Part shown: in pieces, positions 1 to 14,013 of the stretch
Layout: every line of letters starts with the position of its first letter
Numbering within the stretch: position 1 is the stretch's first letter
Program-made: the position numbers and the translations under genes
Assembly: GCF_009914755.1 (NCBI RefSeq)
Contig: NC_060944.1
DNA length: 64,000 nt
Strand: one strand, 5' to 3'
Source of the DNA: the human T2T-CHM13v2.0 reference genome, Homo sapiens
The notes under the pieces: generated by a model
The model's database searches: none
The model's input: the letters and a program-made list of their open reading frames with translations, nothing else
What the model was told of the DNA's origin: nothing

Positions 1-975
1 TCATTGAAATTAAAAACTCCTGCTCTTCAAAGGGCACTGTCAAAAAGATAAAAAGAGATGTCACAGACAGGGAGGAAATATATACAAAACACACAAATGT
101 GATAAATGATTGTATCCAGAATACACAAAGAACTTTGAAGTTCAGTGGTACAAAGACAGTTCAACTTAAAATATAGGCAAGCAGTTTGAACAAAGATGTC
201 ATCAAAGAAGATATGTGAAGGACAAAAAGCACATGAAAAATTCCCAACAGCATCAGTCATTATGGAAATCCAAATTAAAACCACTATGAGCTCTAATCAC
301 TTACACACTCACCTACTCATGTGGCCAAAGCAGGGGAAAGGGAGACAATGAGAAGTCCTCACAAGGCTATGAAATGACTGGGACTCTTCGATACAGTGCA
401 AAATGGTACAACCACTTTGGAAAACAGTTAGGCAGCTTCTTATAAACTTATACTTTACATATAAACCAGAAAATCAAATCCTGGATATTTATCCAAGAGA
501 AATAAAAATGTATGTCTATTCAAAGACTTGTACACAAATATTCATAACAGTTTTACCTATAGTAGACAAAACTGGGAACAACACAGATTTCTATCCATGA
601 ATGGATGAACTGTGATATATTCATACAATCAAATACTACTCAGCAAATAAGAAGTAAAGTACTAATACATGCAGTAGCGTGGCTAAACCTTGACAGCAAG
701 ATGCCTCATGAAGGAAATCAGACTCAAAAAGCTGCATCCTGTGGGATATCATTTACATCACATTCTAGAAACAGAAAAACTATAGGGACAGAAAGCAGAT
801 CACTGGTTTTCAGGGCCGAGCACAGGGAAGAATTAATTTTAAAGGGGCATGGGGAAACTTTTTGGGATTATGAAAATATTTTTTATTTCAATAGTGGTAG
901 TGGTTATACAACTATACATTTATCAAAATTCATTTAATTTTCCTCCTAGAAATGGTACATTTTATTATAGATAAT
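1..975 (+). mobile_element. Old L1M (L1MB/ME-type) ORF2 3' end and 3' UTR relic
   Basis: Degenerate ORF2 C-terminal motifs (aaatggtacaaccactttggaaaacag; ORF 403..600 VQPLWKTV...IYPREIK) followed by L1M-type 3' UTR sequence. Confidence 0.8.
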
Positions 976-1039
976 ATTTTTTGAAACTTAAACACATACA
1001 AAATTATTTATTTGGGCAAACAAGCAGAAACAAAGATGA

Positions 1040-3010
1040 CATTAGAGTGATACGGCACGATATTTTTGCCCAACCCTACCACCATTTTATTTGAAAACCT
1101 GGATGGATTTCCAAGAAACCACAAATGAACAAATTTGACTGAAAACACATGGAAAAGCTAAATAAATCAATAATCGTAAAATGAACTAAAACACATAAGA
1201 ATATCAAGAATATCCCAGTGGTTTGAGTGCTTCTCCTATACTCTCCCCAAAGCACCAGGACATTCAGTTTTAGGAAAGAGTATTTTCATTCCTTTAAGAA
1301 AAAAGTAATTCCTATATCCATGAAATGGTACTAGGACATAAAAAGTGAAAGACAATTTAGGAATTCCTTTTTAAAGCTACTCTCACCCCCATAGCAAAAC
1401 TTAACAAAAGGTAGGCTTAAAAACCCCCAGGCCAATCTTACTTATGAATATGGACGCAAAAATTTTAAATTAAATATTGTTACTTGAGCAGCTCAATAAA
1501 ATACCATATCTTATGATAAAATGAGATTTATTTCAGCTGTGCAAGATGGTTCAATATTAGAAAATGTGCATTCATGCATTACCACATTAAGAGATCCAAC
1601 AGAAAATCACCTGATCATTTCTGATCCTACTGGTTTATACCTTTCCCAAGATCTCACATGGCTCACCCTACAAGGCATTCAAACCTCACTCAAAGAACAC
1701 CTCCACAGAGAACTAGCCTTCTTGAACTATCTTTGATATGTCACCTTCCTACCAGCCCAGAACCATCACTCGCCACGAGAGTAGAGACTTTATTTTTTGT
1801 TTGAGACAGAGTCTTGCTCTGTCACCCAGGTTGGAGTGCAGTGGCGCAATCTTGGCTCACTGCAACCTCCGCCTCCCAGGTTCAAGCGGTTCTCTTGCCT
1901 CATCCTCCCGAGGAGCCACCATGCCCGGCTAATTTTTGTATTTTTAGTATAGACGGAGTTTTGCCTTGTTGGCCAGGCTGGTCTTAAACTCCTAACCTCA
2001 GGTGATCAGCCCGCCTCCGCTTCCCAAAGTGCTAGGATTACAGGTATGAGCCACTGTGCCCGGCCAAGACTTTGTTTACTGTCTACAGAATGCCTAGCAC
2101 TACTCAACCAATACTTGATGGATTAATATCAGTAGATATTGACAAGGGTTTTAAGAAATTCAATCTCTATCTATGATAAAAGGCTTGGTAAAATGGAAAC
2201 AAACAGCTACTTTTTAAAATGACAAAAGAGAAAAGTATCTCATATCCAAATTTTGCTTTCTGTTTAATGTTGAAATAATCCAAGCATTTCTATTAGATTC
2301 AGAACAAAACAAGGATGTCCTCTATTCCAGATATAAGTGCCAAAGCAATTAAACAAGAGACTGAAATAAAAGGTATGCCTGTTTTTAAAAAGGAGGTAAA
2401 AACAGTTATTATTTGCAGGTCAGCCTTGGTGAATCAGCTGAAAAACTATTAGAAAATAAATAGAAGATCTTACTAAGGGAGCTGGTTATAAAATTAACAT
2501 GAAAAGCCAGTAGCTTCACAATGTACAATAAACAGAAAATGCAAAGGAAGTAATGATCAGTTCAAAAATGTAATGCAAGAAGAATCCTATACATAAAAGT
2601 CATCAGAAAAAATAATCTAGGAGCAAGTGAAACTAGAAATCTGAAGTACCTATGTGAATAAAGCTATGAAATTCTACTCAGAAATATGAAAGATTTTATG
2701 AAGTCAGAATAAATTCAATATTGTAAAGGTATCAATTCTTCCTAAATTAATCTATAAATTCAATGCAGATAGAATATAAATCCAGTAGGATTTCTATTGC
2801 AACTTACAGTTCTCTCCCACTTATCTGGAAAAATAAGTGTGTGAGAATATCCAGAAAGTGTTTGAAAAAGATAGCGGGAGATAGATCTATCAAATATTGG
2901 TAATGTATTGGAAAAGTACAGAAGGTGAAACTGTATGGTAATCGTGCAGAACAGCCCAACGGAAAATACTACAGAATAGAGTCCAGAAATAGAACTGAAG
3001 GAACGTGTAA
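1040..3010 (+). mobile_element. Degraded L1M ORF2 fragments, interrupted by an Alu
   Basis: A-rich L1 RT-region remnants (ggccaatcttacttatgaata, caagatggttcaatattag, ttcaatattgtaaag...aaattaatctataaattcaatgca). Confidence 0.65.
1791..2065 (-). mobile_element. AluS with small internal deletion
   Basis: Alu consensus in reverse orientation, lacking about 20 nt (agtagctgggattacaggc) near 1910. AGACTTT flanks both ends. Confidence 0.93.
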
Positions 3011-3129
3011 GTAAAAGGCAGCAGTAGAGCCTAGGGCAATGGTTGGGCATTAGGTTCAAATCCCAGTTTTGCCTCTTCTTGCTATGGGACCATAGGCAAG
3101 TTGCTTACTTTTATTCATTTAGTCACTGA

Positions 3130-3449
3130 TTTTAGAGAAGGGTCTTGCTCTGTTGCTCAGGGTGGAGTGCAGTGGTGTAATTATGGCTCACTGTAACCTT
3201 GAGCTCCTGGGCTCAAGTGATCCTCTTGCCTCAGCCTTCCAAATCAGCTAAGACTACAGGCATGTGCCACCAAGCTCAGCTGGGCTTTTTGTCTTTTTTG
3301 TTTGTTTGTTTGTTTGTTTGTTTGTTTTTTGTAGATACGGGGTTTCACTACACTGCCCAGGCTGCTTTTGAACTTCCAGCCTCAAGCGACAGTCCTGCCT
3401 TGACCTCCCAAAGTGCTGGGATTATAGGTGTGAGCCACCACGTCTAGCC
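3130..3449 (-). mobile_element. AluJ inserted in a MIR; (TTTG)n in the linker
   Basis: AluJ-type ctcctgggctcaagtgatcctc. MIR-like sequence on both sides (about 3020-3120 and 3460-3620). Confidence 0.88.
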
Positions 3450-3937
3450 CAGTTGCTCTGCCTTTCTGGAAAACATTGTTCTCCTGCATGGTAGTGGGGA
3501 AGAATAGTATTATAATAATAGTAATGACCTCAGATGGTTTTGATATAATTACATGAAATAATCTATAAAAATGCTAGCATAGGACTTGGCATTTAGGAAA
3601 TAGTCAATACATGCTAGCATACATACCTGCATACATATATGAAATTCTTATTTTAAGTTTGTAGAGGAAAGAAGTTGTTAGCACAACTAGTTAGCTATCT
3701 TGGACAAAGTGTGTACATGGGAGTGATGCTGTATGAGGATGGTCATCTCCATCATTATTTATAGGGGTGAAACATTATTAATCCACATGACTAAGAAAAA
3801 TGAACATAAGAGACCTCTATATATTGATACAAAAAGACAATGTTATCTTGTTGAGTAAAGAGGTTAGAATGCAACATGTATATAGCACAAACTTGCAATG
3901 TAGAACTGTGTTCATAAATCTAAATGCTTTCTCTTCC

Positions 3938-4390
3938 TGTAGTGGGTTGAATGGTGACTCCTAAAAGATACATCTGCTCAGAACCTGGAATTGTGATCTT
4001 ATTTGGAAATAGGCTCTTTGCTGATGTAATTAAGTTAAGGATTTCAAGATGAGATCATCCTGGAGTAGGGTGGGCCTTAAATCCAATGACAAGTGTCCTT
4101 ATAAATGGAGAAGAGGAAAGACACACAGAGGAGAAGGCCATGTGAAGACTGAGGCAGAGACTGGGGTGATGTGTCAATGACACAAGGGAAGCCAAGGGTC
4201 ACTGCAGTTACCAGAAGCTAGAAGAAAGGCATGGAACAAATTATCCTTCTGAGCCTGCAGAAGAAATCAAGCCCGCAAACACCTTGGTTTTAGACCTCTG
4301 ACCTCCAGAATTGTAAGAGAATAAATCTCTGCTGTTTGAAGCCATAGGGTTTGTGATAATGTGTTACAGCCGCCACAGGAAAAAACTGTA
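3938..4390 (+). mobile_element. MaLR solo LTR (MLT1B/C)
   Basis: Starts tgtagtgggttgaatggtg and contains gtaattaagttaaggat...gggtgggccttaaatccaatgac and an AATAAA. Perfect 5-bp TSD CTTCC at 3933-3937 and 4391-4395. Confidence 0.9.
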
Positions 4391-5664
4391 CTTCCCAACA
4401 TCATCAAACCCCAGTATTTATCTTTGAAAATCCACTCGTTCACCTCACAGTTCAGTTTCTCCCTACCTCCAAGGACCGACTGGCCTTCTATTTGCTGCCC
4501 CTAAGTTAAATAGAAGAAATTGTTTGCAACCTGGCCCTATGCATAATTCATGGCTGACTCTGGCTGTATCTGCTTTGTCAGCTTTTGATCTCCTGGTTAA
4601 AGAGATAAAGGTGTTATCTGTATTAGAGTAACAGTGTCCAATAATAGGGGATTGGGTAAGTAAATTAGGGTCCATCAACTTGATAAAATATTACATAGTG
4701 ACTGAATAAGATAATGATTAAGACAAGCAATGTGGAAAAAATAAGGTCTTTGACATAACGCTAAGTGGAAGAAAGTATGTTATCAGATTGTATCTACAAT
4801 ATAATAACAACCAGGACAAAATTCTTCCTAGATGTGGACAAGGACTTAAAACAGGTGGATATGTTGGGCTGTGGGACTGTGGGTGTTTCTTCTTCCATTT
4901 AGAGTCTTAGAAATGCTATTATAATGGTGTTTGTGCTATAGTAAAAATGGAAACAAAAAAGGCACCAAAGCCTACAGTTTCTCACAGGGTGCATAGAAGC
5001 TGGAGAGGGAGAAAGGATGCCCTATCATCTCCAAGTAAAGGGCCCTGTACAGAAGCTCTATCAAACTTTGTCCTAATAGAGAACTGGGCACCTCCATTTA
5101 CAGTATGGAGTCTTGGATTTTTGAGTAATGATTCAAATTCATTTTTGAATGAAGCTGAAATTCCTCTTGGCAGATTCCAGGTAAATGCAAACACTGGATA
5201 AGATACAATGGCAGACAAAATAACCCCGCACCTCAGCCCTTCCTATGACCTGGCTTTCTTGGATTTTACCCAAGCAGCCTCCTGCCATTCTCTTCCCCCA
5301 ACCCTATATATATGTTGTTCTTCATGGAGATTCCTCCCTATTTCCTGAACATGCCTTGTTTCGTTGTTTCCCTGCAAACACAAAAAGAGGCTACCCCTAT
5401 ATTCCTTCTCCTCTTTTAAGTTAGAACTTAAATATATATTTTGCTGGGGGAGACAAAATTCAATCCTCCAGGAGAGTAATCTCCCTGGAATTTTTAGGGA
5501 GAAAATAAAAGGAAAATAACAGTTAGAGAAAAATAATGAAATAAAAAAAAATGGACAAGCTAATATCTGTTTTAAAACTTCATTCATACTTTGAAGCAAA
5601 CATTTACTGTATCTAGCATGCCCAAGATGAATGAATAATATGAAGATGAGGAAGGCTTGACATT

Positions 5665-5895
5665 TATTTGTCTATTTATTTATTCATTTTTTAGAGTCAA
5701 AGTCTCACTCTCTCACCCAGGCTGGAGTACAGTGGCATGATCATAGCTCATTGTAACCTCAAACTCCTGGGCTCAAGTGATCTTCCCACCTCAGCCTCCT
5801 GAGGAGTTGAGATGACAGGCATGAGCCACTGCACCCAGCTAATGTTTTAAAAGTTTTTGTAGAGAAAGGGTCTCTATATGTTTCCCAGGCTGCTC
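5665..5895 (-). mobile_element. Truncated AluJ
   Basis: Right arm plus part of the left arm in reverse orientation, with AluJ-type bases. Confidence 0.85.
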
Positions 5896-6049
5896 GACAT
5901 TTTTTGATCCCCTACAATGTTCCAGAAGTTCTCACACATAAGCTCATTTTATCCTCAGAGTGACATTCAACAGGTATTTGTATCCCCTCATTACGCAAAT
6001 AAGGAAACTGAAATTTGTCAAGTGAGCAATTGAAGTATGATTCGTCTGG

Positions 6050-6292
6050 ACTGAAACATGCTGTAAGTGGAAAATGCACGCTGTATTTCAAATCTTAGTA
6101 TAAAAAGTATAAAATATCTTGTTCATATTTTTATATTAAATTACATGGTCAAATGATACAATTTTGGATTACATATTACTAAAACTATACATTATTAAAA
6201 TAATTTTACCTGTTTTTTAATTAAATGCAGCTAATAGAAAATTTTAAATTACATATGTGACTCACATAATGTTTCTACTAAAAGGTGCCAGT
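6050..6292. mobile_element. MER33-like hAT-Charlie DNA transposon fragment
   Basis: gctaatagaaaattttaaattacatatgtgactcacataatgtttcta matches the MER33/MER3 terminal region as I recall it. Confidence 0.7.
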
Positions 6293-7683
6293 CTAAAATG
6301 ACAGAACTGAGAATGATGAGTCTAGCTTAGACTCTGGCTCAGGGCTCCAAAACTGACCACATTATCAGCCTTACTTAGGTCTCTGCCTCCACAGCAAGGA
6401 CCATGAGTTAGAAAACAATGTTTCAGAAATAACACATAAATAGTTAACAACTACATGGAAAAAAATTTAATCTAGCCAATAATCATTAAATGTGTGGTTT
6501 ATGGCTGATATGTGAAAGACAATAGGAAGATGACCAATAGCTTGCACTCAAAATCAATGTCCAAATCAGAGCAGAACAGAGAGACGCAAATTACCTGGAC
6601 ACAAAGATGGGTTCCCAGGCTCTCAGGTATGTACTGCCGCTCAGATCTGGAGAGGGGTAGGGTATTCAGCCAGGACCATAGGGGCCGGGTCATGTTATGG
6701 GAAATCCCTGCTGCAGCACATACCCCAGTCTTGACCACAGGAGAGGCTGTCCTGGCTGTAGGACACCCTCCCCCGGCGGAGGAGGAAGCTATTAAAGATG
6801 AATCTCCTATCTCCTCTTGCCTTTGAGAAAGACTTCCCAAATTTCATACAAGCTGCCTCCCACTATAAGTAAAACATCAGCTCCCAGAGGAGAGAGATTT
6901 GTCTGTTTGGTCCATCAGCGTATCCCAACTGCATAGAACAGTTCCCAGCATATAATGAGTGTTGAAGAAACACTGAACAAATGAACTAGCAAATGAATGA
7001 ATGGGTTGATTTCCCCCCACAGGGTGCTGCCAATAGTGAGACACTGTAACAGCTACAATGAGCCTGGTTTTCTCTGTGACGACTTTTGTGTGTCCCTCTG
7101 ATGCATGAGGCCCCTGACTTTCAGTGTCAGTGTTCCAACTGTACACATAGGTCCATCCCACCCAATATGTGGCCAAGACAGAGGTTGAGCCTGGCTCACC
7201 AGGGCTGGAATAAAGTTCAAGCTCAGTTGCACATGCACACAATTTGCACGAGCATGAGGGAAAGAGGGGTTCATTGCTTTAGCAAAGAGTGAAGAGGGAG
7301 GAGCTTCAAGGTGCCTACAGTACCAGGGCAGCAGGGGAAGGTTAGATTTTGGGGGAAACATGAACAGATGGCTTCCTCTATTTTAGCATGTCTCTGCTTT
7401 GAACCACCTCCTTTTCTTAGAACTTTGTCTCACAACTCTAAGACTCCCCTCCAGGCAATAGTACTTTCTGGCATGTGGTTTAGATGTTAAGCACTGTGGA
7501 TGCTGGAACTTGAGGCTGGGGTAAGGCAGCTTTGAGTACTCCTTTTATCCCCCTCATGCCCTCTTTTCTTCTCCCTCTCCTAGGATTTCCTCTCCTCCAG
7601 CCCCTTCCCTACCTCCCTGGTTCTGGTTACTTCCTCCTATAATTTCTGTCCTGACAGTAGAGGATCACCTGAAGACCTTCTGT

Positions 7684-8092
7684 ACCTGTGAAGTGACCTT
7701 ATTCGAAAATAAGGTTTTTGCATCTATAATCAAGTTAAGATGAGGTCATTAGGGTGGGCCCTAGACCAATATGACTGGTGTCCTTATAAAGAGCAGAGGA
7801 GAGACACTGAAGAGACGCACACCTAGCGAGAACGCCACGTGGAGACAGAAGCGAGACTGGAGCAATGCAGCCACAAGCCCAGGATGCCAAGGATTGCTCA
7901 TAACAGCAGAAGCTGTGAAAAAGCCACGGCACAGGTTTTCCCCAACAGCCTTCGGAGGGGGTGGGGACCTGCTGACACCTCGATTTTGATTTCTGAATTC
8001 CAGCCTCTGAGACTGTGAGAGAATGAATGTCTGCTGTCTAAAGCCACCTGGTTTGTGATGCTTTCCTATGGCAGCCCTGGGAAAATCATATC
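7684..8092 (+). mobile_element. MaLR LTR (MLT1A/B/C-type), 5'-truncated
   Basis: gtgaccttattcgaaaataagg...agggtgggccctagaccaatatgactggtgtccttataa...ggcagccctgggaaaatcata. Confidence 0.82.
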
Positions 8093-9180
8093 GGGTTGCT
8101 ATGTCTGTCTGTCATCAGTTATGACAGGTGACTTGGTTACCAACAGGCACAATTTCAATGAGAAAAAGTGAACCATTATGTAAACACATTTATCTGAGGG
8201 CCTGAATACGACTGTCCAATGCCTATAATCTCTGAGTTTGGGGTTATCATGAAAAAGGAATGCTGAACTCGTTTTGACTCAGATAAATGTCTGAGCTCCG
8301 GTGCTTATTCTGGCCGTGCACCACTTCCTCAACCCCACACAAATGCTTCTTTGCTCTGATTGCAAACAAAATGCATGCTTGTTAGAAAACCCGGAGAGAG
8401 AGAGAGAAAAAACAAACAAATCATAAAGGGAAAATAATTTGCCTCCCTTCTCCTTACGCCAGGCTAATCACTGTTGATGTTGTGTTATGTTCTCTTCCTC
8501 TTTCCTCATTACGCTGGTCTCACAAGGGATTCAACTCACCTTGCTGTCCAGCACATACTCACTTGGTTACTGATGTCTGAGCCACTGATGTAGTCCTCAC
8601 AGCCCCCACCTTTTGAGGGGGATTCTGGTCTGTCTTCGTCTGTCCCCAGAGTGTGAAGAGCCCAATAAATTGTTAGTAGTTAAGCAATTCTGAAACCAAC
8701 CCCTACCAACATGGGTCTAGGACCAACCCCCGCCAAGACCTCACAACATTTGGGGGTGTTGCAGAGAACACTGTAGTGGGGTTTGGGAATTGCTGCGGAT
8801 AAGTGAGGCAGCTATGGAAGAAGCCCCTGTCAGTAGTTGAAGCAACCCAGAGTGCACTTCTGAACCTTAGGAAAGGATTAGGATTGGTGACAGGGGATTT
8901 CACCACTGCCTCTTTTGAGTTTAAAAGCTCCAACCTTGCCCTAAGTCATGCATAGCTCACCCAGAGGTGAATCATATTAGCCCAGGTGTCTGTTCTTGGT
9001 TGATCCAGAACTGCTTCTTCTTTATCTTTTAATTCTCCTTGGAATCAGGTAGATCCCATATAAACCCTCAAAAAGTAAAGTCTGATTACCTCCCATCTTT
9101 CTGAAAAATTAGATGCAGTCTGCACTTCTCTTCTCAACGTAATGACATGTGGTGTTTCCAGCAAGTTCCTGACCCCCTAA

Positions 9181-9238
9181 CATACACACACACGCACGCA
9201 CGCACACACACACACGCATGCACACACACACACACACT
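9181..9238. repeat. (CA)n/(CACG)n compound microsatellite
   Basis: Directly visible. Confidence 0.95.
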
Positions 9239-9519
9239 TTTTTAAAGGAGTTGCCAAGTGCAGCAGGTTGGGTGGCGGTCTCCAAAAGATACATCTATCT
9301 GGAATCTGTGAATGTGACCTTATTTGGGAAAAGTGTGGAGAAAGGGACAACAGGCAGGAGATTATCACAGTCAGGACAAGAAACCAGGAGACGTTGACAG
9401 TCACGACTAAGGTGGTAGGAGTGAAGACAGAGTTGTGGGATTTCAGGGACATGTGGAGGTAGCACATGAGGGTGATGGGCTGACGGGGTGTGTGTGTGTG
9501 TTTGGGGGAGGAGAGCAGA

Positions 9520-11111
9520 CAGTGCTCATGGATAAGACGAGTCAATATCATTAAAATTGCCATACTACCCAAAGCAATTTATAGGTTCAATGCTATCCCT
9601 ATTAAAAGGCCATTGACATTCCTCAAGAAACTAGAGAAGAATATTTTAAAATTTATATGGAACCACTAAAAACCCTGAATAGCCAACACAATCCAGCAAA
9701 AAGAACAAAGCTGGAGGCATTGCACTATCCAACTTCAAACTATACCACAGGGCTATAGTAACCAAAACAGCATGGTACTGGTACAAAAACAGACACAGAG
9801 ACCAATGGAACAGAATAGAGAACCCAGATATAAGACCACACACCTACAACTACATGATCTTCAACAAACCTGACAAAAACCAAGCAATGTGAAAAGGATT
9901 CCCTATTCAATAAATGGTGCTGGGATAACTGACTAGCCATATGCAGAAGACTGAAACTAAACCTTTTCCTTACACCATATACAAAAATCAACTCAAGATG
10001 GATTACAGACTTAAATGTAAAATCCAAAACTATAAAAAATCTGGATGACGACCTAACCAATACCATTCAGGACATAGGCATGGGCCAAAATTTCATTATG
10101 AAGATGCCAAAAGCAATTGCAACAAAAGCAAAACTTGACAAATGGAATTTAATTAAACTAAAGAGCTTCTACACTGCAAAATAAACTATCAACAGACTAA
10201 AAAGACAACCTACAGAATGGGAGAAAACTTTTTCAAACTATGCATCTGACAAAGGTCTAATATCCAGCATCTATAAGAAACTGAAGCAAATTTACAAGAG
10301 AAAAAAAACCCATACAAAAGTGGGCAAAAAATATGAGCAGACACTTTTCAAAAGAAGACAACAGGCGGCAAACAAACATGAAAACATGCTCAACATCACT
10401 GATCGTTAGAGAAATGCAAATCAAAACCACCATGAGATACCATCTGACACCAGTCAGAATGGTTACTACTAAGAAGTCAAAAAATAAACAGATGCTAGCA
10501 AGGATGTGGAGAAAAAGGAACACTTATATACTGCTGGTGGCAGTGTAAGTTAATTCAGCCATTGTGGAAGGCAGTGTGGTGATTCTTCAAAGACCTAAAG
10601 ACAGAAATACCATTCGACCCAGCAATCCCATTACTGGGTATATACCCAAAGCAATATAAAACATTCTATTATAAAGACACACGCATGTAGATGTTCATTG
10701 TAGCACTATTCACAATAGCCAACAGAATCAACCTAAATGCCCATCAATGATAGGCTGGATAAAGAAAATGTGATACATATACACCATGGAATACAATGCA
10801 GCCATAAAAAGGAATGAGATCATGTTCTTTGTAGGAACACAGATGGCGGTGGAGGCCATTATCCTTAGCAAGCTAACACAGAAACAGAAAACCAAATACC
10901 ACATGTTCTCACTTATAAGTGGGAGCTAAACGATGAAAACACAGGGACACATAGAGGGACACAACACACACTGGGGCCTTTCAGAGGGTGGAAGGTGGGA
11001 GGAGGGAGAGGATCAGGAAAAATAATTAATGGGTACTAGGCTGAATACCTGGGGGATGAAATAATCTACACAATTAGCTCCCATGAAAACCTTCACTTGT
11101 ACCCCTGACCT

Positions 11112-11144
<33 letters not shown>
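9520..11144 (+). mobile_element. 5'-truncated primate L1 (older L1PA, roughly L1PA11-16 type): ORF2 3' part, 3' UTR and poly(A)
   Basis: Continuous ORF2 similarity (ORF 10333..10548 [18 protein letters not shown]) with stops and frameshifts. 3' UTR gagaggatcaggaaaaataa...gggtactaggc. A26 tail at 11119-11144. Confidence 0.93.
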
Positions 11145-13288
11145 GGAAGAGAAAGACTAATAAAAGAATCAGAAATGAGTCAATTTCTCTGCCAGGGACT
11201 TTTGCATAGTATCCCTTTCCACCATGTGGCAAACTTCACAGAGTCCTTGTTAGTCTCCCTGCTTATAGGCTAGGTATCAGGCCCCAGGGAATGACACGTC
11301 ACCCAGGGTTAGTGGCACAGTTAGACTGCATTTCCCTTTTTTATGTGATTCTTTGCCCACAACCCTTCTAATACACCCTCAGTCTGGCCCCAACTCTCTC
11401 AGCCTGTGGCCTCATCCTGTGCCCAGGCCCCTCACTGGCCTCAGCCTTCTTCCAGCTGAAGCCTCTTTATTTCCAGCCCCTTTGATCAGAGCTTGGGTTG
11501 ATGCAATGCACCACTCTAGGGGAAGCATAAACCCAGAAAAACATCAGGGGGTTGTGCTGTTGACATCACAATCATAATTCTGGAAACTTATTTGAAGGAA
11601 ATAATTTAACAAGACAGGAAAAAGCAAGTTCATAAAAATGTTCATGGAAACCTCTATGATTTTCCATAATGGATAAATGTTAGAGGCTATGTGAATGTCA
11701 CATAAGGTAGTTAAATAAATCATGATAGTGTCACTTGATGGGACAGAATGTGGCCATTAAAATGCTAACAATGTAACTATGTATCATTTTACATGAGGAA
11801 AAAGCATTTAAAATAATAAAGATGCAATAATTACAGAAAAATTTCATATGTATATAGACAGGTACTAGGAGAAAAAAATGAAACAAAAGTAAGATTCTGA
11901 GTAACTGATAATTTGTTTTCTGTTACTATATTTTATAAATATAAACAACTAACTTTTTAAAACAAATTTAAAGCTTGTGCTAAACTGTGACTTAGCCCCC
12001 AGTAAATCTCTATTTATTTGGCATCTGCTAAAAGAACCAAATGCTCTTGAGATGCTGATGGGACCAACCTTAAAGCATTTAGGTTTTTTATTTTTTATTT
12101 TTTGGCCCTTAAAACATTTTTGTTCTTGTCATGACTTTGGACACTCAAGTTTTCCAAACCTCAAAAAACAAAACCTTTTTGTCTCCAGCTGAAATCCAAT
12201 GTCACAGGTGCACTTTCTCTGTGCAAAAAATACTCCCAATTTACTGACAGAAACTTAAAGCCCAGATTGCAGCTTTCAAGGTTACTCCAAGGGCATTGTT
12301 ATCCTAGGACCCATATGGGTCGGGCTGTAAGTTTCCCACCAGTGGATTCCAGAGCCTTGGGCAGAGAACACCAGAGCTGGTAGTAAACACCTTCCACCTG
12401 CCTCCCACTCTCAAACTGAGGGATACTTGTCTGAGGGGGCTCGCTGTGCCTCAAAAGCCTTAAACAGCAAGCAAAATGAGCTTCCCTGTGCCTAATTTGG
12501 GAATGATTTACTCATTTACACAAGCAGCTCAAGTTTGGTACAATTAGCTGGTGTAATTGGAAGTCACTGTCTATGAGGATGGATGCAGCAGCCCCCAGAC
12601 CACACCAAGTGCAGTGAAATTACAGCAAATTGCAGTGCTCCTGGGCACTGTGAAACAGACTTTGCCATAGCAGCCATGGCACATCTTTTTGTCAGATGAG
12701 AACACAAATATAAAACAGTCCTTAGCAACATCTTTCTTCCCAAGACAAGAACGCAAGAGGGAATCTAGGATGCCTTTAAGGTATTATGTAGGGAGATGGT
12801 TCCAGTAAGAATCCTGTTAAAGAGAGTTGCCTCTCTCTGACGTATGCGTGGAAAAAGATGGATTTAAGCAAATAGACACGGCTGACAAAAGTGTGTGGAA
12901 AAAGAAAACAAGAAATGCTTTTTGTTTTCTATATTTCTTTGACATTACGGAATTTACTGCTCAGCTAAAATAGGACAGGTTGAGGGGGAAGAAAGGCCAA
13001 TTCTTTCTTTGTGAGTTACGTATTATGAGTAATATGGGTTCTGTATTACCCAAACATCCAGTATGCATCCACTCTCTGCTAGGTACTCTTCTAGATGTCT
13101 GGGAAACATTGATGAACAAGACAAAATCCTTGCCTGGAGCGTGAGATGCACACAAGCAAACCCACACAAAGATTACTATAACGCAATGCAGTCATTGCAA
13201 TGACAAAAATACTCCAGAATGTTACATGAGGGGGGTGCATAAACCAGTTAGAGGAGGTGAGATGAAGTCTCTTTGAAAAGAGGTAATG

Positions 13289-13716
13289 CCCATTCTACTC
13301 GGTGACTTATAAGTTTGAATTTTTAAGTTCCAAATGTAAGTGAAATCATGCAATATTTGTCTTTCCATACCTGGCTTATTTCACTCATCATAATGTCCTC
13401 CAAACTAGGGGGTGAAGAAAATGGGGAGATCTTGGTCAATGGATGCAAAGGTTCAGTTATGCAAGATGAATAAGTTCTGGGGATCTAATCTACAGCATGG
13501 TGACCATAGTTGATAATATTGTATTCTATACTTGAAATTTGCTAAGAGAGCTTATTTTAAGTCCTCTCACCATGAACAACATCATAACTATGTGAGGAGA
13601 TGGATATGTTAATTAGATTGATTGTGGTAATCACTTCACAACGTATACATATGTTGCACACCCTAAACAGATACAATTTTTATTTGTCAAGTACACTTCA
13701 ATAAAGCTGGGGTAAA
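13289..13716 (+). mobile_element. L1MA 3' end with 5' inversion, inserted in an L2 relic
   Basis: 13289-13403 is inverted L1MA sequence. 13404-13716 is the sense 3' UTR ending caataaagctgggg. Direct repeat AGAGGTAATG at 13279-13288 and 13719-13728. Confidence 0.85.
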
Positions 13717-14013
13717 AGAGAGGTAATGACTGAGATGATTGAGGCAAGCAGACATTATCCCAGCAAACAGCCAGTGGATGAGAGAGGGAGGCCTTGAAGG
13801 CAAATCAGCGTTATCAATGTGCAAAGAAGTACAAAGGTAAAGAGCAGCTTCTGGAAGGGGCTGCCAATAAGCAGTTTGGTGCTGCCAGAACATAGAGGTG
13901 GAAAAAGCAGATGATCAGAAAGCAAGCTAAAGAGGTCATGAGGAGTCCAGGGGTACCCAAATGCTGGATTAAAGAGCTGTATGGTTCGTGAAAGTTGTCT
14001 GTGTGTTTCACAG

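Noticed and set aside
9265-9335. MLT1 5' fragment as the displaced head of the MLT1 at 7684-8092
   Set aside because: The two pieces overlap in consensus position and differ in sequence, so they are more simply independent copies.
9646-10548. ORFs resembling L1 ORF2 or its antisense
   Set aside because: Fragments of a truncated, frameshifted L1PA; not a functional gene.
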